Shown: positions 60,401-64,000 of the stretch, piece after piece
Layout of the letters: every line of letters begins with the position of its first letter
Position numbering within the stretch: position 1 is the first letter of the stretch
NCBI GenBank assembly: GCA_031418215.1
Contig: JANOXC010000103.1
Location: 47,323-111,322, forward strand
Reading direction: 5' to 3'
DNA: 64,000 nt
From: Bacteroidota bacterium
GTDB lineage: Bacteria > Bacteroidota > Bacteroidia > AKYH767-A > OLB10
Program-made: the position numbers and the translations under genes
Notes under the pieces: generated by a model
What the model was told of the DNA's origin: nothing
The model's database searches: none
Seen by the model: only the letters and a program-made list of their open reading frames with translations

Positions 60401-62175
60401 ATGGAATCAGTTAATGCAGTAATAGATGCAGATGCATTATTCATTGTTACATTTACTGTAGCAGTGTCTTTGCATCCTACAGAATCAGTGGCGATCAGCT
60501 GGAATAATCCTGTAGTATTAACAGTTACTGAATCATTTGAAGATAACGGTAAAGTATTCCACAAATAGGTTTGAAATCCGGCTGAGCCTATTAAAATGGT
60601 ATTTCCTCCCTGGCAAAAAGATAACGGTCCTGACGAACTGATGCTAATATTTGGAATAGATAAGCTGACTGATAATGGCAATGAAATGGAAGAGCAGGTA
60701 CCATTACCAACGGTAACTGTATAATTGCCGACTGTTGCATTGATGCTTGAAGAAGTTGCGCCGTTCGACCAAAGATAAGATGCCGCACCCGGAGGAAAGG
60801 CATTCAACGTTACAGTTGCTCCGGGACAAATTGTAGTGCCACTTGAAGCCACAATAGTTGGTGTTACAGAACTTGAATACACCGCAACCGTTTCACTAAT
60901 AACATTTCCGCATCCGCCTGTATCAACAAAGGTGCAATTATAAGTTCCGGGAGCATTCACCCAAATGCTTTGTGTACCGGCACCATTCGACCAAGTATAA
61001 CTTGTACTGGCTGCATTTGCTGTTAACTGAACACTGTCACCGGGGCAAAGTGTTAAAGGACCATTTACTGAAACAGTTGTATCAGGGTTGCTTGAACCAA
61101 CATGAAAAAGTGTACCGCTGGATGCGAAGCAAATTTGGTTAGGATTGAGTACCTGAATACCATAATTACCGGTATCAGGATAAACTACATTAATACATTG
61201 TGTAGTGGCTCCTCCCGACCATAAATAATTGTAAGAATTAGGCGCACATAATGTAACTGTATCTCCGGGACAAATTGTAGCACCATTAGTTGTTGCATTT
61301 GAACCACCTGACGCTGTTATTGGAATATTAAAACTTCCACCGAAGCTATAAGCCTTTAAGAAAACAGCAGATTCAAACACACCATCTTTTGCATTTGCAA
61401 TGCCCATTTTCAAATGGTAAACCGAACAAATATTTACAGGGATAGTAACTGAAAGCACCTTTGTAAAACCATCAAAAATGATTGTACTTCCGGTATTGTT
61501 TGTGTACAAACTAGAATATGCCAAAGACTGGCCGGGACCACTGCATGTACCACCACCTGATGCTGCCCCGGGTGTGCCGGGGTTGATGGAATTAACAGAA
61601 ACAGGCAAATTAGTTCCGGGTATCAAAGCAAAATTTTTGTTTACATAATTTCCTCCTGCCGGATTAGGACCAGTCACAAAAAAACCAAAAACATCATTAA
61701 AGTTACATACATATTCAGGATACTCTTCTGAGGCAAATACATATTCAAACTTTACGGTATCAGTCAAAGGTTGAAAATCAAATTCCAATATTGTAACATC
61801 ATTAATAGCATTGCCCGGAGTTAGTGATTGCAATTGCACATCAGGGCATTGTGTTGCATAATTTGGACCACAATTATTGCCATCATCTACCTGGTTACCT
61901 GCAGGATTAGGGATATTTAATGTATTGCCTGTAGATAAAATAATTCCTTCTGTAAAACCGATATTGGAAGTGCCGGTAAATGTGGCAAACCTTCCGGCAA
62001 ATCCACTGGTGCAGCTTACATTTTGAACACTTCCGGGAAATACTCCTGAAGGGCTCAGAAACTTCGTGTTGATTACACTTTGGGCCAAAAAAATACTCTG
62101 TGAGGTAACTACGATCTGCCCCCATCCTTTAATACTCCACAAAAGAAATAAAACAACAAGTAATCTTTTATTCAT
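57469..62175 (-). CDS. giant cell-surface adhesin (1568 aa). It has an N-terminal anchor-like domain, about 14 tandem Ig-like repeats, a PKD domain and a T9SS type-B (gliding-motility-associated) C-terminal domain.
   Basis: It has a signal peptide. The repeats are of the form SP...C.GDS/T V.L.A; 'YxWSNGAT..SI.V'. The PKD motif is (HWSFGDGDS). The C-terminus is 'FTPNGDGKNEVF...GVYMYQL...' type-B CTD. Confidence 0.85.
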   Translation of the reverse strand: MNKRLLVVLFLLWSIKGWGQIVVTSQSIFLAQSVINTKFLSPSGVFPGSVQNVSCTSGFAGRFATFTGTSNIGFTEGIILSTGNTLNIPNPAGNQVDDGNNCGPNYATQCPDVQLQSLTPGNAINDVTILEFDFQPLTDTVKFEYVFASEEYPEYVCNFNDVFGFFVTGPNPAGGNYVNKNFALIPGTNLPVSVNSINPGTPGAASGGGTCSGPGQSLAYSSLYTNNTGSTIIFDGFTKVLSVTIPVNICSVYHLKMGIANAKDGVFESAVFLKAYSFGGSFNIPITASGGSNATTNGATICPGDTVTLCAPNSYNYLWSGGATTQCINVVYPDTGNYGIQVLNPNQICFASSGTLFHVGSSNPDTTVSVNGPLTLCPGDSVQLTANAASTSYTWSNGAGTQSIWVNAPGTYNCTFVDTGGCGNVISETVAVYSSSVTPTIVASSGTTICPGATVTLNAFPPGAASYLWSNGATSSSINATVGNYTVTVGNGTCSSISLPLSVSLSIPNISISSSGPLSFCQGGNTILIGSAGFQTYLWNTLPLSSNDSVTVNTTGLFQLIATDSVGCKDTATVNVTMNNASASITALTDSILCPGDSIQLFANPAGGISYDWLNNGLPTGLTGSSIWVNAAGSYSVDVQNANTCHFTSSPVNIYMSSSSAAIVSPAADTTICIGTNISVVATGGGTYQWSTGAITAAVAANALLTNIYTVTVTATDLCKHTRQVKVTVSDPQVTISTTDPLNFCQGSNAIINASSASFASYNWSTGITGSSSITVSQTAAINLTVTDSVGCIATSNTLNTQMNIATAQITVNSDNVICPNEIISMDASPANGLQYTWSNGATSASINISQADTFTVTITNANGCIATAVPVIITQSSPAAAIIPQDPSLYFCPGATFSLTANNGLSYAWSTGATSQLININAPGLYTVTVTNSDTCSAVASLTVSQSIPVANITNIGDTTFCKGSSVTLNANTGSAWLWSNGETDSSVVITNAGMVSVTVTDLYGCSANTQVNIVVNEALAVLQAGGTFTFCTGDSIQLTETANPTHVWSNGAASPSIWVNNANIYYVVVTDVNGCKDTSDLVYTNLSIPQATISPSGNVVICQNAATVLTAYNGTANNNQGYQWSDNTTSSTNNAIGNGNYTVTVTITDSIGCKATSAAVNIITSIPVAQIVSPLADTVRLCPNQSATLQANFGSGYLWSNGSTADHITVGTEGSYAVTVADSIGCLAQSNPIYIDTLSSFAVVTVNGPIAFCQGGDVTITVVSPGTYQWSNGATSNNITVSNNGTYNVAVTNPNGCVKTSDPVVVTVHDFPLISFTVDSSSECEAFKILFRNQSTFDNGSTFHWSFGDGDSSIKMSPVHWYTVEGEYVVVLTIISPYGCTSSDSSIVQITRFPDPVAAFTTSTNIESVFGGPISFTNASINAVRFHWDFGDQSGSTEVNPLHNYREPGYYKVVLTAFNPADCEDKEHLEITVSPIYIPSAFTPNGDGKNEVFPTYYGATDISDYEFIVWDRWGQQIFISTNPTIGWNGNLSNGDPATIGVYMYQLRIADQLNKDFSFKGKFSLIR

Positions 62176-62332
62176 CAGGATTTATGAAAGGCTTAAGATA
62201 AGGGATTTGCCTCTCAAAGGTAACAAACTATTTGGTAAGATACCTCTGCAATGCCCCTGAATCAGTCAATTTCTTAATCGAAAGGGCCAATTCCGTTGCT
62301 GATTAGTTAAAATTAACTAGTAAAAAGAAGGC

Positions 62333-63028
62333 TTAAGCACCCTTATTTCCAACAAATTCTTTCAGATAGAAAGGTTCGAAATAGGCTAAATCTTCAAATT
62401 GTTGGGTATGGAAACGACGGTTGGCTTCTGCAACCATGCCATTAGCCCTCAAAATAAATTCGTCAATAAATTCAGCATTGATCTTTGGCGCTATTACCGC
62501 TTTTAATTTTTGAGCACCATCACCAAAAAAAATCAACTTTTTATCTTTAAAATCTATGAATGAATTATTGTCCATAATCAGTGCATTGGTTTTGGAAATT
62601 TCCTGCAACTGAGCATTATAAATCGCTGTATAGACCTCCATCCTTCTGGCATCGATCAGCGGGCAAAACAATAAAGTGTCTTCCTCAACAGAACTCATTT
62701 GCTGATACTGCTCCTTCATACATACCGTCATTGAAAACAATGTATTGATTGCTATCAAAGGTTTATCCAATGCGTAGCATAATCCCTTTGCAACAGCTAC
62801 ACCAATCCTTAAGCCTGTGTACGAACCGGGTCCTTTGCTTACACATACAGCATCCAGTTGTTTAAATGTAAAACCTGCATCTGCAAACAAATCATCAATA
62901 AAAATGGTTAGTAGTTGTGCATGTGCACGTGATTCTATTGAATGCTTTTCAGCAACCAGCTTACCGTTTTGAGACAATGCAACACTGCAAACGGTTGTTG
63001 CTGTTTCGATGTGTAAAATAAGGGCCAC
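62333..63028 (-). CDS. tsaB: tRNA threonylcarbamoyladenosine biosynthesis protein TsaB (YeaZ)
   Basis: The N-terminus 'LILHIETATTVCSVAL' shows the inactive Kae1/YgjD-like fold. The protein is 231 aa. Confidence 0.85.
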   Translation of the reverse strand: MALILHIETATTVCSVALSQNGKLVAEKHSIESRAHAQLLTIFIDDLFADAGFTFKQLDAVCVSKGPGSYTGLRIGVAVAKGLCYALDKPLIAINTLFSMTVCMKEQYQQMSSVEEDTLLFCPLIDARRMEVYTAIYNAQLQEISKTNALIMDNNSFIDFKDKKLIFFGDGAQKLKAVIAPKINAEFIDEFILRANGMVAEANRRFHTQQFEDLAYFEPFYLKEFVGNKGA

Positions 63029-63030
63029 AA

Positions 63031-64000
63031 TTACTCCTTTGATTTTTCGCCTTCAAAAAGTTCACCTTTAGGAACAACTTTTACGATGGTGCCATTTTTT
63101 AATGTTTTAGAAATAGCATTGAATGGAGCAACTACAACTTCATCACCATCTTTCATCCCCTTCATAATCTCAATATACTTACTATCCTGAACACCCGTCT
63201 TTACCGGAACCAATTTCACCTTGTCATGGTCCATCATAAAAACACATTCAATCATTTTTTCTTTATCTGTTTCAGTGGATTCAACATCTGCATCTTTACC
63301 GCCCTGAGAACCTTTAGCATTCTTTTCAGCTTTGGCTGTATCCCTTGTAGTAACACTTTGTATTGGTAGCGCTAGCACTTTAAGCACTGACTTGGTTTGT
63401 ATATCCACTGTTGCAGACATCCCTGGACGAAATGGACTTTCATCAAGATGATCTGCAGGCACAAGATCGATATATGATTCCCGAAGGATTCGAATCTTGA
63501 CAGTAAAGTTTGTTACTTGATCTGTTGATGTTACGCCACTCACATTTGCTGAGTTTGCAACCTCAGTTACAATTCCTTTAAATTTTCTTTCAAGATAAGC
63601 ATCTATTTCAATTGTTGCAGTATCATTCAACACTACTCTTACAATATCATTTTCACTTACATCAACACTTACTTCCATTTCATTCAGGTTTGCAATACGC
63701 AGAATTTCCGTTCCCTGTAAGCCGCTAATTCCTTGTACTCTTTCCCCTTTTTCTACATTAAGTTTTGAAATGGTTCCATCAACAGGAGCATAAATGGAAG
63801 TTTTATTCAAGTTTTCTTTTGCTTCCTTCAATGATGCTTCAGCACTCCTTACATTATACTCAGCTGCTGCAACACTTTGGCGTGAAGCATCTACTTCTGA
63901 CTTGGCTACTTCATAAGCTGAATTAATAGCTTCCCAATCAGAAGCTGATATCACACCGTCATTATAAAGTTTTTTGTTGCGATTATATGTTGCTTCTGAT
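63031..64000 (-). CDS. RND efflux transporter periplasmic adaptor subunit (HlyD/MexA family). It is partial: the N-terminus lies beyond the window end.
   Basis: It has a coiled-coil hairpin, beta-barrel and MP domains (IYAPVDGTISKLNVEKGERV). The ORF is open to the window edge. Confidence 0.75.
   Translation of the reverse strand, partial: SEATYNRNKKLYNDGVISASDWEAINSAYEVAKSEVDASRQSVAAAEYNVRSAEASLKEAKENLNKTSIYAPVDGTISKLNVEKGERVQGISGLQGTEILRIANLNEMEVSVDVSENDIVRVVLNDTATIEIDAYLERKFKGIVTEVANSANVSGVTSTDQVTNFTVKIRILRESYIDLVPADHLDESPFRPGMSATVDIQTKSVLKVLALPIQSVTTRDTAKAEKNAKGSQGGKDADVESTETDKEKMIECVFMMDHDKVKLVPVKTGVQDSKYIEIMKGMKDGDEVVVAPFNAISKTLKNGTIVKVVPKGELFEGEKSKE

Noticed and set aside
63484-63496. 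GGATTCGAATC, resembling a tRNA T-loop (reverse complement)
   Set aside because: It lies inside the well-supported RND adaptor CDS and has no acceptor or anticodon arm context. No tRNA genes were detected in the window.

Overview
This window is Bacteroidota-type chromosomal DNA, probably from the Chitinophagaceae/Sphingobacteriia/Flavobacteriia group. It is AT-rich and shows no Shine-Dalgarno dependence. T9SS C-terminal sorting domains are present. Respiratory gene synteny is typical of ACIII plus caa3/aa3. Coding density is high and the content is almost all core genes. No transposase, integrase, CRISPR array, rRNA or tRNA gene could be supported.

Coding content falls into four groups:
- Respiratory loci: a full Alternative Complex III operon (actABCDEF) is immediately upstream of cytochrome c oxidase subunits II/I (39.9-49.5 kb, minus strand). 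About 22 kb away lies the matching oxidase maturation cluster (ctaB, two subunit-III paralogs, subunit IV, SCO1, DUF420; 11.6-15.6 kb).
- Housekeeping genes: mfd, gpmI, tyrS, recQ, trhO, kpsF, tatC, lptB, photolyase, slyD, lhgO, msrA and tsaB.
- Secreted proteins: three large T9SS cargo proteins (1309 aa beta-helix repeat protein, 517 aa, and a 1568 aa adhesin with Ig-like repeats and a type-B CTD).
- Window edges: a truncated HipA-family toxin kinase C-terminus at the 5' edge and a partial RND efflux adaptor at the 3' edge.

The most unusual signals are non-coding. A DUF1211/TMEM175-like gene is broken by a +1 frameshift in a T7 homopolymer, and two different microsatellite arrays sit directly upstream of its start codon. 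A 27-bp perfect inverted-repeat pair brackets a 142-bp segment between a SIMPL-family gene and a membrane cytochrome c gene. A GxxExxY (PD-(D/E)XK-like) gene is flanked by about 38-bp GC-rich imperfect inverted repeats, which looks like a cassette. An array of about six degenerate 22-25-bp palindromic repeats lies inside the oxidase-maturation operon. The 3' end of the epimerase gene is duplicated, carrying a second copy of its terminator hairpin. An approximately 17-nt motif (AAAACYTTTAAACTTTMA) recurs in three 5' leaders. ActA carries an extra N-terminal monoheme cytochrome c domain (6 CXXCH in total). All homology calls are made by eye from motifs, without database searches.
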